Position numbers and translations under genes: made by a program
In this document: positions 49,807 to 59,527 of the stretch, in pieces
How the letters are laid out: each line of letters starts with the position of its first letter
Position numbering within the stretch: the stretch's first letter is position 1
The notes under the pieces: model-generated
Databases searched by the model: none
The model's input: only the letters and a program-made list of their open reading frames with translations
What the model was told of the DNA's origin: nothing
Origin: Prevotella sp.
GTDB lineage: Bacteria > Bacteroidota > Bacteroidia > Bacteroidales > Bacteroidaceae
Assembly: GCA_017554145.1 (NCBI GenBank)
Contig: JAFZIZ010000013.1
Location: forward strand, 143,685-207,684
Direction: 5' to 3'
Length of the DNA stretch: 64,000 nucleotides

Positions 49807-50389
49807 CGAATTCAAAAATATCGTGGTCAATCTCTTCGACAAAGAAGTAGACCCTCAGGTAAAGGCTGAATGTGAACGCCACCTCAGTAAATGCGCTGAG
49901 TGTAGAGAATACTACGACGGTCTGTTGGAGGCTGCTGACCTGCTGCGCCTCAAGACTAAGGAAGACAAGGTCTCTTCAGGTTTCTCCTATAAGAAACTGG
50001 CTGCCATGTTCATCAGCATTCTCGTACTCTCAGGTATTGCTTACGCTGCCATCCGCATCGCAAGCCAGTCACAGGAACAACCACAACAGACAGAGCAAAC
50101 CTCTTTGAAGGTTCAGCATCAACAAGCCATTACAGAAAAACCATCAGCCCCAGTTGATACCCTTGCCCAGACATATGTCTTCGAGAACGTACCACTTGAC
50201 GAGATGGTCAAAGATATTGTTCTCTATTACCATTGGGTAGCTGACATCAAGAGTGAACAGGCACACACCGTACGCTTGTACTATAAATGGGACCGTACGG
50301 CTACTATAGAAAGCGTGGTCGACGACCTCAATCACTTTAACCACGTGAACATCACTATAGAGGACAACAAACTGATTGTAAACCCCTAA
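49796..50389 (+). CDS. Anti-sigma factor: zf-HC2 (ZAS) + TM + FecR C-terminal-like domain
   Basis: HLSKCAEC (Hx3Cx2C), one TM, C-terminal FENVPLDEMV..I..YY typical of FecR_C/DUF4974. Confidence 0.8.
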   Translation: MKCNEFKNIVVNLFDKEVDPQVKAECERHLSKCAECREYYDGLLEAADLLRLKTKEDKVSSGFSYKKLAAMFISILVLSGIAYAAIRIASQSQEQPQQTEQTSLKVQHQQAITEKPSAPVDTLAQTYVFENVPLDEMVKDIVLYYHWVADIKSEQAHTVRLYYKWDRTATIESVVDDLNHFNHVNITIEDNKLIVNP

Positions 50390-50406
50390 CGTACATCACA
50401 CAATTT

Positions 50407-52968
50407 ATGAAAAAGATCATCATACTGCTATTACTGTGCACGATTGCCAGCATCGCAGCAGCCCAGACAATATCCCGTCAGTATAAAGGTCAATCGCTTA
50501 GCAAGGTGCTCGAAGACCTCAATGCTGTCACAGAGAACCACAACATATCCTTCATCTATAATGATCTGGAGGAGTTCTCTGTCACATGCCATTTCAAGCA
50601 TCTGAGTCTCGAAGAAGCACTGCATACGGTAGTGGGGTTCTATCCTGTACGCATTGTCAAGGACAATGACAAATTCTTCTTGGAGTGTACCTACAAAACC
50701 GAGCGACATCTGACTGGTACGATTATCGACGAACACGGGCAACCATTACCCTTTGCCAACGTCGCTATCCTCAACCCTGCCGATTCTGCATTGCTCTCAG
50801 GAGGCGTGTCCAACGAGGCTGGTCAGTTTGTGGTGCCCTATGAACAAGAGAAGATACTGGCCCGTATCACCTTCGTAGGCTATAAGACTACCTATCGTAT
50901 CTGCACACAAGAGAATGTTGGAACCATACAACTTCAACCAGACAGTTATACCATTAATGGTGTCGTGGTGAAGGGTGAGATACCCCAATATAGGATGACT
51001 ACAGGTGGTATGACCGTCGACGTACAGCATTCGCTGCTCCATGATATAGGCACTGCTGACGACCTGCTCTCGATGATACCGATGGTTCAGGGTAAAGACG
51101 GCAAGTTTGAAGTATTGGCAAAAGGAGAGCCCGAGATCTATATCAATAATAAGAAGGTGCGCAACACCAATGAGTTAAAACAACTCAAGTCAATGGATGT
51201 CAAGAGCGTGGATATCATCACCGCTCCTGGTGCACAATATAACGCTGAGGTGAATGCTGTTATCCGCATCAAGACTATGAAACCACAAGGTGAAGGTCTG
51301 AGCGTGATGGCTACTACTCACACGTGGAAAAACAATAAATGGAATAACTACGACGATCTGACTCTGAAATATCGTGTAGGTGGACTGGAGGCTTTTGCCA
51401 ATGTTGCACTTGACAACGGTCATTTTAGCAATGATCAGGATATTCATCAGGAACTGCATATTAAAAAAGATAAATTTGATGTTGATGCTGATTTACCCAT
51501 CAGAAGTAGTTGGACGCAACTTCAGTATCAAGCAGGTCTGAGTTACGACTTCAATGCCGACCATTCTGTCGGAGTGAGTTTCTCTTCGCAAAATTTACTT
51601 TATCACAAGTATTGGTCTTACATGAATCAGAACTATCAGAAGAACGGGGCATATTACGGTGACGTTACTCTGATAACAGATGACAAGGAGTCCGATAAAC
51701 CTATATGGGAATTGAACGCATATTATGTAGGAAAGGTGGGAAAATTAGGCATCGACCTGAACGCGACTGTGCTGCGACGTGAATCAGAGGATCAACTCAA
51801 TCAGCAGGAGTTGAGTAAGGAGTTAGGGGATCGCACCATTACCACTCTCAACAATGAAGACCGTCGGATGGTAGCAGGCAAGCTGATACTGACTTATCCT
51901 GTATGGAAAGGCGTGGTAAGTGCTGGATCGGAGGCTACATCCACACAAAGCCACGGGCATAACTATAATCAGGAGAGCATCATCCCGGAAGCCGACAACG
52001 AGATGAAGGAGAAGAATATTGCAGGCTTTGCCGAATACCAACTGACTCTCAATGCTCAACAATCAACTTTCAACTTTAATGTTGGGCTGCGCTATGAGCA
52101 TGTAAAAACAGACTATAGTTCGTTTGGTGTCTGGCAGTCTGAACCCAGTCGTACCTATAACGATTGGTTTCCTAACTTTTCGGTGGCATGGCTAAAAGGC
52201 AAGTGGAGTGCTCAGATGAGCTATAGTAAGCGCATCAGTCGTCCACTCTACCACATGTTGACATCTATGATTATATATGATAGTCGTATGTTCTATGAAG
52301 GCGGCAATCCGTTGTTGCGCCCATCGGTACGCCAGAGCATTGATTTCAACCTGACCTATTCCTGGCTGAACTTCACAACAGGTTTTACTCGCGAGAACGA
52401 CTTAATATCCCACATTGGTCAAGTGTATGACGAGGAGAAAGAGATAGCCATCTACCGACATGACAACTTCGACCATCAGGACCGTGTCTATGCTACCCTT
52501 ACAGCCTCGCCAAAGTTTGGTTTCTGGCAACCCACCGCAACGCTTCACTACTATCAGCAGATGTTTGATGCCGAAGCGTATGGCGTGGCAGAAAAACTGA
52601 ACAAGCCCGAATTCAGCTTCCACTTGCAGAGTTGGTTCGTCATCAATTCTACGACCAAAGCGCTGTTACAAGTCGACTATACTGGCAGCAACCACTGGGC
52701 ATTTATGTATCGTGGCAATGACTTTAGTATGAGTGCCCGTGTGATGAAAACCTTCTTGCAGGGTCGGCTCACGGCTTCTCTTTATGCTAACGATATTTTC
52801 CGTACAAGCAAGAATAAAGTGACTACTTACTATAAAATAGGTCTGACAGACCAAAGTTTCTACACCTATACGCAGTGTGTGGGATTAACGCTAAGTTATA
52901 ACTTCAACGCCACTCGTTCGAAATATAAAGGAACTGGTGCTGGTAACGACGAGAAGAATCGTCTCTAA
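50407..52968 (+). CDS. Outer-membrane beta-barrel receptor with N-terminal STN-like signalling and carboxypeptidase-regulatory-like domains
   Basis: Signal peptide, SLSKVLEDL...SFIYN (STN-like), GQPLPFANV, plug ITAPGAQY.AE, GNPLLRP, SYNFN..RSKYKGTGAG..EKNRL end. Confidence 0.82.
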   Translation: MKKIIILLLLCTIASIAAAQTISRQYKGQSLSKVLEDLNAVTENHNISFIYNDLEEFSVTCHFKHLSLEEALHTVVGFYPVRIVKDNDKFFLECTYKTERHLTGTIIDEHGQPLPFANVAILNPADSALLSGGVSNEAGQFVVPYEQEKILARITFVGYKTTYRICTQENVGTIQLQPDSYTINGVVVKGEIPQYRMTTGGMTVDVQHSLLHDIGTADDLLSMIPMVQGKDGKFEVLAKGEPEIYINNKKVRNTNELKQLKSMDVKSVDIITAPGAQYNAEVNAVIRIKTMKPQGEGLSVMATTHTWKNNKWNNYDDLTLKYRVGGLEAFANVALDNGHFSNDQDIHQELHIKKDKFDVDADLPIRSSWTQLQYQAGLSYDFNADHSVGVSFSSQNLLYHKYWSYMNQNYQKNGAYYGDVTLITDDKESDKPIWELNAYYVGKVGKLGIDLNATVLRRESEDQLNQQELSKELGDRTITTLNNEDRRMVAGKLILTYPVWKGVVSAGSEATSTQSHGHNYNQESIIPEADNEMKEKNIAGFAEYQLTLNAQQSTFNFNVGLRYEHVKTDYSSFGVWQSEPSRTYNDWFPNFSVAWLKGKWSAQMSYSKRISRPLYHMLTSMIIYDSRMFYEGGNPLLRPSVRQSIDFNLTYSWLNFTTGFTRENDLISHIGQVYDEEKEIAIYRHDNFDHQDRVYATLTASPKFGFWQPTATLHYYQQMFDAEAYGVAEKLNKPEFSFHLQSWFVINSTTKALLQVDYTGSNHWAFMYRGNDFSMSARVMKTFLQGRLTASLYANDIFRTSKNKVTTYYKIGLTDQSFYTYTQCVGLTLSYNFNATRSKYKGTGAGNDEKNRL

Positions 52969-53067
52969 ACCCTGTTTACCCATATTTTTGCAAAAAGATA
53001 GGAAAAAGTTCTCTCGAAATGAGAATTTTTTTCTATCTTTGCACAATCATTAATAAACCTATAAACT

Positions 53068-54648
53068 ATGTTAGATCAAGAACGCGGGCTATATATTGCC
53101 CATTGCGCTAAAGGCGCATTAAGCATCACAGGTAAGATGGCTAACCGTCATGGACTCATTGCGGGGGCCACAGGTACTGGTAAGACTGTCACGCTGCAGG
53201 TGATGGCAGAGACCTTCTCTCAGGCAGGAGTACCCTGTTTTATGGCAGACATGAAGGGCGACCTCAGTGGTATCTCTCAAGTGGGTAAGATGAGTGGTTT
53301 CATCGAGAAACGCCTTCCCGAGTTCGGTATTGAGAATCCAGAGTTCCAGACCTGTCCTGTCCGTTTCTACGATGTATATGGAGAACAAGGACACCCCATG
53401 CGAGCCACCGTCTCACAAATGGGACCGTTACTGCTCTCACGTATCTTACAGTTGAATGAGACACAAGCTGGCATCCTGAATATTCTATTCCGCTTAGCCG
53501 ATGAGCAAGGATTGCTCCTTGACGACCTGAAAGACTTGCGTTCCATGCTCAACTGGATAGGAGACCATGCTAAGGAAATTACCTTAAAATACGGCACTGT
53601 GACTGCCATGAGTATCGGTGCCATCCAACGTGCCATATTACAATTGGAGAACCAGGGAGCAGACAAATTCTTTGGACTGCCGTCGTTTGACATCTACGAC
53701 CTTCTGCAATGTGAGGGCGGAAAAGGTGTGATGAGCGTGCTGGCTGCCGATAAACTGATGATGCAGCCTAAACTCTACTCCACCTTCCTGTTGTGGTTGC
53801 TCTCTGAACTCTACACTACCCTGCCAGAAGTGGGTGATATGGAACTTCCCAAACTCGTATTCTTCTTCGACGAGGCCCATATGTTGTTCACTGACACATC
53901 GAAAGCATTGCTCGACAAGATAGAACAAGTCATCCGACTCGTTCGCTCAAAGGGTGTAGGTATTTACTTTATCACACAGAGTCCTGCTGATATTCCTGAG
54001 AATATCCTCGGACAGTTGGGTAACCGTGTTCAGCATGCCCTCCGTGCCTATACGCCGAAAGACCAGAAAGCCGTTAAGACTGCTGCTGATACCTTCCGTG
54101 CTAACCCAGAGTTCAAGACTGACGAGGCCATTATGAACCTTGAGACTGGTGAGGCACTCGTTAGTTTCCTCGATGAAAAGGGTGCGCCCAATGTTGTAGA
54201 ACGTGCGAAAGTGCTCTTCCCACTCTCTCAAATCGGAGCTATCACAGAGGGGCAGCGTATTGACATCATCAAACAGAGCCGTATTTATGGTAAATATGAT
54301 ACGCCAACAGACCGTGAGAGTGCTTTTGAAGTACTGCTGAAGGAGGCTGAAGAGACAGCCCTTGCAGAGCGTGAAGCCGCTGAGGTTGCTGAAAACGAAA
54401 AGGCGGAGAAGAAAGAAGAAAAGAAAAAGCCAGGTATCGTCAGTAAGGTATTCAAGGCTATCATCACAGCTATCACCTCTACCCTCGCTGCCATTCTGGG
54501 TACTTACGTCAGCGACAAGGTAACGGGTAAGAAGACCAAGTCAAGGACTTCCGCCACGGGTCGTGTCGTCAAGAACGCCACCAGTGCCGCTACCCGTTCT
54601 GCTACGAGGGAACTCACACGTGACATCCTTGGCAACCTCATTAAATAA
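53068..54648 (+). CDS. HerA-like ATPase (DUF853/YjgR family)
   Basis: ANRHGLIAGATGTGKT, DMKGDLSG, FFFDEAH, RSKGVG, LGNRVQHALRA.TP. Confidence 0.92.
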   Translation: MLDQERGLYIAHCAKGALSITGKMANRHGLIAGATGTGKTVTLQVMAETFSQAGVPCFMADMKGDLSGISQVGKMSGFIEKRLPEFGIENPEFQTCPVRFYDVYGEQGHPMRATVSQMGPLLLSRILQLNETQAGILNILFRLADEQGLLLDDLKDLRSMLNWIGDHAKEITLKYGTVTAMSIGAIQRAILQLENQGADKFFGLPSFDIYDLLQCEGGKGVMSVLAADKLMMQPKLYSTFLLWLLSELYTTLPEVGDMELPKLVFFFDEAHMLFTDTSKALLDKIEQVIRLVRSKGVGIYFITQSPADIPENILGQLGNRVQHALRAYTPKDQKAVKTAADTFRANPEFKTDEAIMNLETGEALVSFLDEKGAPNVVERAKVLFPLSQIGAITEGQRIDIIKQSRIYGKYDTPTDRESAFEVLLKEAEETALAEREAAEVAENEKAEKKEEKKKPGIVSKVFKAIITAITSTLAAILGTYVSDKVTGKKTKSRTSATGRVVKNATSAATRSATRELTRDILGNLIK

Positions 54649-54675
54649 CTCTGACATCAGAACGAAAGAGCACTT

Positions 54676-56928
54676 ATGTTTTTCCTAAGAGCGCTGACGA
54701 TAGCGTTATTTAGCACTATATTATCTACTGGAGCAAAAGCTCAGGAAACTGTTACTGACACTACGAAGACTACTTCGGGTGCCAGTAACAGAAATGTGCT
54801 GATGAATGCTGCGTCTGCCTCTCAACCCCGTCAGATATCCTTAGGACTTCCTATCTCCGGCTATGCCTATATTTACGAAGACGGTCTGCCTGTGTCGTAC
54901 TACAATTATCAGGTCTATCCCTATAAGTCGTGGCATAGTGGTGTGAGCCATGAGTCAGTACGGACGATGGGACCGCAAGATATGGTATTGAAATACGGTG
55001 TCATCACCTATAGCGTTGACAGTAAATCGAAGTTGGCTGGTGACAAACTCGAAGGAAAACTCAACTACACTTTCAATCATTTCGGTCGTCAGACCTTTGA
55101 TGCAAATATCTCCACGCCAATTGGAAAGGGATGGGGCATCAGCATCGGCACCTATCAGAACTTCGACCCTGGAAGCAACCATCTCGATATCTCGCGACTT
55201 CAGGAGAGTGCACATTTCTATAAGGCTGCCCTCTCAAAGACCTGGAACGAGGGCCGCGGCAAGATGGGACTCATCTACCAGTATTCCCAGTTTAGGGAGA
55301 TGATTGAGAACTACGGACCATTCATCTTTGTGGGCGACGGTAGTGTGGAAGAGTACGACGGTTTTAAGTTAGGCATTGACCAGTATCGACCTGCCAATAG
55401 GATATTGAAGTACCTCGATATCGAAACAGGCAAGATGACGGAGCAGGACAACGACGATGCGAATACCAGCAAAATCCATAACGTGAACTTCGTGTTAGAC
55501 TACCTTTGGGGAAACGGCATGCAACTCTCTGTCCACAGCAAGTTCAAGCACGGTCATTCCTTCCGCTCCAATGGTTCGATGATGGGAGTAAGCGATGCCA
55601 TGGCAGGGAACGGATATACCTACGAGGATGGTAAAGAGTTCATCGGGAAACTGCAGACGCGCCGAATGCTGCATTTCGACGGTTTCGAGCATACATGGAT
55701 GACCAATGCCGCACTGACAGGCAAGTCTGCAAACCAACGCCACCGTTGGCGCGCAGAGATTGACTACTGGCTCAACCACGGAGGTGTTAGCACCTCTATG
55801 TATCTGTTTGCCCACGAAGCGAAGAAAGACCCGAAGATGTTGCTGCTCAACGGCAGCGAAGGCTACTCTTTCAACTCCTACGCTGAGTTCTATAACGGGC
55901 ATGAGCATAAATTGTTCGCTCTGGTGTCTGACGAGTGGAACGTCTCTCCTCGTTTGTGGCTCTATGCTGGAGCGAGGGTTGAGTATCTCAACGTGCGAGG
56001 CATTGCTGCCAACGATGTATGTAAAGGCAATGCCCGTCATGTAGGATTCAGCCTCGTTGACCCAGGTGTCGAGAAGAATCATTTCAGCGACAACCACTTC
56101 AACTATGCCTTTATCGGTAGTGCACGTTATGCGCTATTACAAGGTTTCGGTTTGCAAGCAGAATTCTCCTCCGCCACCATTCACTCACAACTCTTCCATT
56201 ATGGCACCTATGCCTATCCCACGCAGAAAGGTATGCCCACCCATTACTTCCGAGGTGGTATCTATTGGAAAAATGACTGGGTAGACCTCACCTCGCAGAT
56301 TACCTATATCACCATGAAGAACTCACAAGAACGTCCCAGTTTGACTCATGTGCTGACCAAAGACGTAGGCGATATGAAAGCAGGTATGAGCGAGTCGTTC
56401 GTTATTCCTGTCAATTATGATATGGCGACCCTCGGCTGGTTGACCGATGCCGTCATCACCCCTATCGACGGTCTCAGTATCCACGTGATGTTCACCATCC
56501 GCGACCCACGCTACAAAAACTTTAAGATTACCCCTACCTTCAGTGATGGTGTAACTGAAGAATACGACTTTACCGACAAAACCCTCACAGCCCTCTCGAA
56601 GACAGAACTCGAAATTGAGCCCTCCTATCGCTTCGGCAAATGGCGCGTATGGCTGAGTGCTCGTTATTTCAGCAAGCAGTACATCAACAAGACTAATTCA
56701 TTGTATTTCAACGGTCGTTGGGAAACCTTTGGAGGCATCGATTATAAGTTAAGCCGTAATATCAGTTTCTCTGCCAGCGTCGTGAACATCCTCAACCAAA
56801 AGGGAGCCAGCGGCACCATCCCTGCTGCCGACCTCATCACCGATCCCACACCTTACAAGGACTACGTGATGTCAGGCACCTTCATCCGTCCCTTCACCTT
56901 CGAGTTCACCACGAAACTGAGCTTGTAA
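54676..56928 (+). CDS. TonB-dependent receptor-like outer-membrane protein
   Basis: Signal peptide, NRNV.MNA..ASQPRQISLGLP and IYEDGLPV plug-like segment, alternating barrel strands, NILNQ near the C-terminus. Confidence 0.72.
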   Translation: MFFLRALTIALFSTILSTGAKAQETVTDTTKTTSGASNRNVLMNAASASQPRQISLGLPISGYAYIYEDGLPVSYYNYQVYPYKSWHSGVSHESVRTMGPQDMVLKYGVITYSVDSKSKLAGDKLEGKLNYTFNHFGRQTFDANISTPIGKGWGISIGTYQNFDPGSNHLDISRLQESAHFYKAALSKTWNEGRGKMGLIYQYSQFREMIENYGPFIFVGDGSVEEYDGFKLGIDQYRPANRILKYLDIETGKMTEQDNDDANTSKIHNVNFVLDYLWGNGMQLSVHSKFKHGHSFRSNGSMMGVSDAMAGNGYTYEDGKEFIGKLQTRRMLHFDGFEHTWMTNAALTGKSANQRHRWRAEIDYWLNHGGVSTSMYLFAHEAKKDPKMLLLNGSEGYSFNSYAEFYNGHEHKLFALVSDEWNVSPRLWLYAGARVEYLNVRGIAANDVCKGNARHVGFSLVDPGVEKNHFSDNHFNYAFIGSARYALLQGFGLQAEFSSATIHSQLFHYGTYAYPTQKGMPTHYFRGGIYWKNDWVDLTSQITYITMKNSQERPSLTHVLTKDVGDMKAGMSESFVIPVNYDMATLGWLTDAVITPIDGLSIHVMFTIRDPRYKNFKITPTFSDGVTEEYDFTDKTLTALSKTELEIEPSYRFGKWRVWLSARYFSKQYINKTNSLYFNGRWETFGGIDYKLSRNISFSASVVNILNQKGASGTIPAADLITDPTPYKDYVMSGTFIRPFTFEFTTKLSL

Positions 56929-56994
56929 GACCCTCTCCTTTATTTTATTGTATAAAATATTCTAGAAACTTGGTGGCAATTTAGAAAAATTGTG

Positions 56995-57002
56995 TATCTT
57001 TG
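56995..57002 (+). promoter_or_regulatory. Sigma-A -7 box (TATCTTTG) heading the SpoIIE-STAS-MATE-NRPS operon
   Basis: Exact TAnnTTTG match 18 nt before the ATG. Confidence 0.6.
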
Positions 57003-57020
57003 TTGCCATATTACTAGACT

Positions 57021-59210
57021 ATGCCTAACAAAGAACCTGCCAATAAGGGCTGGTGGAAGAACTTGAGAAACTTCATCAAAAACAACACCAGTCTGACCGT
57101 CATCATCGCTGCGGCACTGCTGCTGGAACTGACGACGGGGGTGATGTACTATACAGCACAGAATATCATCCAAGAAACGATGGAACAGCTGGTAAGAAGC
57201 GAGATGAATGCCATCGCTTTGAATATTCGTAAGCAACTGGCGAAGGTGGAAGTAGCTGTAAACAATACGGATTGGGTAGTGCAACGTAATCTCTCGGAGC
57301 CAGATTCTATGTTTGTACTGACTCGTATGTTGGTAGAGCATAACCCTTCTCTCCTGAGTAGCAGTGTTTCCTTCAAGCCATATTTCTATCCGCAGAAAGG
57401 TCATTGGTTTGAGCCGTTTGCCGTGAGACGTGATGACGACTCTATTGAGCTCATGCAACTGGCTTCTGAAAACCATGACTATACACAGAAAGAGTTCTAT
57501 ACTTTTACCATGGAGAACGACAGCGACCATTGGTGCGGACCTTACATAGATAAAGACGGTGCCAAGGCTATGGTGGTTACTTATTCTTCGGCTGTTCATA
57601 ACAATCAGGGCGAGGTAGTGGCTGTCGTGGCAGGAGACCTCTCATTAGAATGGCTAAATGACTTGATGTGGGACTCCAAAGGGTATGATTCGACGCATCG
57701 TTTCTTATTATCACGTAACGACAGTCTCTTGGCTGGAGAGGATGGTCCCATCTTCAGAAAGGTTTTGGAACTGGTGAAAGACGACAGCGACCATCAGGGT
57801 TACATGACAATGACTGACGATAATGGCGAGAAACAGCATGTGTTCTACAATCCTGTAGGCGGCATTACAAGATGGACGCTAATCAGTGTGTGTAGCGATC
57901 GGGAAGTATTCTACACCTTACGACGGGCACGTTTGTTCCTGTTACTCCTTATACTGCCCACCCTGTTGTTTGCAGGTTTCATCGTATATCGTAGTTCACG
58001 TAACATAGAACGTCTGCGTAAGATAAATGCCGAAAAAGAACGCATTGGTGGTGAACTGCGGGTGGCCAATCAGATACAGCAGAGCATGCTGCCTCCTAAT
58101 AACTTTCACTTGGATGATGTCAATATTTGCGGTTCATTGGTACCTGCCCGTGAGGTGGGTGGCGACCTCTTCGACTACTATATACGTGACGAGAAGCTAT
58201 TCTTCTGTATCGGTGATGTCAGTGGCAAGGGAGCACCCTCAGCGATGGTCATGGGAGTGATTCATTCACTGTTTCGTGCTTTCTCGGCTCATGAGAATAA
58301 CCCTGCTCGTATCATGCAAGCCATCAATGAGTCTTCCTGTCGGGGCAATGAATCAAATATATTTGTAACCATGTTTATCGGTGTACTCGATTTACCAACA
58401 GGTCATCTAAGGTATTGCAATGCTGGGCACGATACACCGTTTATACTTGATCATGGACAATTGACAATGGTCAGTTGTGAGTCGCATTTGCCCGTCGGTG
58501 TGTTTGATGACGTAAAGTATGGCATGCAGGAGATGCATCTGCTGCCAGGCAGCACTATATTCCTATACACCGACGGACTGACAGAAGCAAAGAATGAGGA
58601 GCATAGACAGTTCGGTTTGCAGCGTGTAAAAGAGACTCTTGTGTCTTGTTCTGATCAAAATCCGAAGAGTATTCTGAAAACCATTACGCAGCAAGTACAT
58701 CAGTTTGTGAAAGAAGCTGAGCAAAGTGATGACCTGACCATGCTTGCCATCCACTATACGCCCAAAGAGTTTGAAAGCATATTGTCAGAGACACTGACTA
58801 TCAAGAACGACGTCCACGAAGTAAAACGTTTCAGTAGTTTTATGAAGGCTGCAACAGAGAAAATGGGTATCGAGACGTCACTTGCGCGTCAGTTACGTCT
58901 TGCCGTTGAGGAAGCTGTGGTCAACGTTATCGACTATGCCTATCCTGCAGACACTGAGGGTGACATTACCATCAACATGAAGTCCGATGGACATACATTC
59001 CGTTTCCAGATTATCGATTCAGGTGTAGCCTTCGACCCCACCACGAAAGAGATGGCTGACACGACGCTCTCTGCCGAAGACCGTCAGATAGGTGGACTGG
59101 GTATTCTCTTAGTACGCGAATTGATGGACTCCATCAATTACGAACGTATGAACGGAAAAAACATCCTGACATTAATGAAAACATTACCCCAAAATATCAT
59201 AACACAATAA
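57021..59210 (+). CDS. Membrane sensor: Cache domain + SpoIIE/PP2C phosphatase + RsbW-like HATPase_c kinase
   Basis: TM-Cache (W.GPY.D)-TM; IQQSMLP, VGGDLFD, IGDVSGKG, NAGH, YTDGLTEA, DDLT; then LAVEEAVVNVI.YAY, DSG.AFDP, GGLGILLV. Confidence 0.9.
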   Translation: MPNKEPANKGWWKNLRNFIKNNTSLTVIIAAALLLELTTGVMYYTAQNIIQETMEQLVRSEMNAIALNIRKQLAKVEVAVNNTDWVVQRNLSEPDSMFVLTRMLVEHNPSLLSSSVSFKPYFYPQKGHWFEPFAVRRDDDSIELMQLASENHDYTQKEFYTFTMENDSDHWCGPYIDKDGAKAMVVTYSSAVHNNQGEVVAVVAGDLSLEWLNDLMWDSKGYDSTHRFLLSRNDSLLAGEDGPIFRKVLELVKDDSDHQGYMTMTDDNGEKQHVFYNPVGGITRWTLISVCSDREVFYTLRRARLFLLLLILPTLLFAGFIVYRSSRNIERLRKINAEKERIGGELRVANQIQQSMLPPNNFHLDDVNICGSLVPAREVGGDLFDYYIRDEKLFFCIGDVSGKGAPSAMVMGVIHSLFRAFSAHENNPARIMQAINESSCRGNESNIFVTMFIGVLDLPTGHLRYCNAGHDTPFILDHGQLTMVSCESHLPVGVFDDVKYGMQEMHLLPGSTIFLYTDGLTEAKNEEHRQFGLQRVKETLVSCSDQNPKSILKTITQQVHQFVKEAEQSDDLTMLAIHYTPKEFESILSETLTIKNDVHEVKRFSSFMKAATEKMGIETSLARQLRLAVEEAVVNVIDYAYPADTEGDITINMKSDGHTFRFQIIDSGVAFDPTTKEMADTTLSAEDRQIGGLGILLVRELMDSINYERMNGKNILTLMKTLPQNIITQ

Positions 59211-59222
59211 AAACATAAAATT

Positions 59223-59525
59223 ATGAACACTAAAATTGAAGAAATCGATGGCAAATATGTTGCCACATTAGAAGGAGAAATGGATACTGCCGCTGCTACA
59301 GAGGCTGAAGAAGTACTGAAACCACTTTACAACAGTAATGGCAAAGACGTTATCATCAATTGTAAGGGTTTGGAATATATCGCCTCAAGTGGCTTGCGCA
59401 TCCTGCTTAGCATCTTGAAGGGAGCTAAGGCCAGTGGTAGCAAGGTAGTGATGCAAGGAGTGAATGACGACATCAAGAACGTCTTTAAACTGACTGGCTT
59501 CATCAACATCTTCGAGTTCGAATAA
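59223..59525 (+). CDS. STAS anti-anti-sigma factor (RsbV/SpoIIAA-like)
   Basis: LEGEMD, LEYIASSGLR phospho-Ser motif, VFKLTGF. Confidence 0.92.
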   Translation: MNTKIEEIDGKYVATLEGEMDTAAATEAEEVLKPLYNSNGKDVIINCKGLEYIASSGLRILLSILKGAKASGSKVVMQGVNDDIKNVFKLTGFINIFEFE

Positions 59526-59527
59526 AA

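Noticed and set aside
53068-54648. HerA-based anti-phage system (e.g. Sir2-HerA)
   Set aside because: Motifs match the widespread DUF853/YjgR family and no nuclease or Sir2 partner is adjacent.
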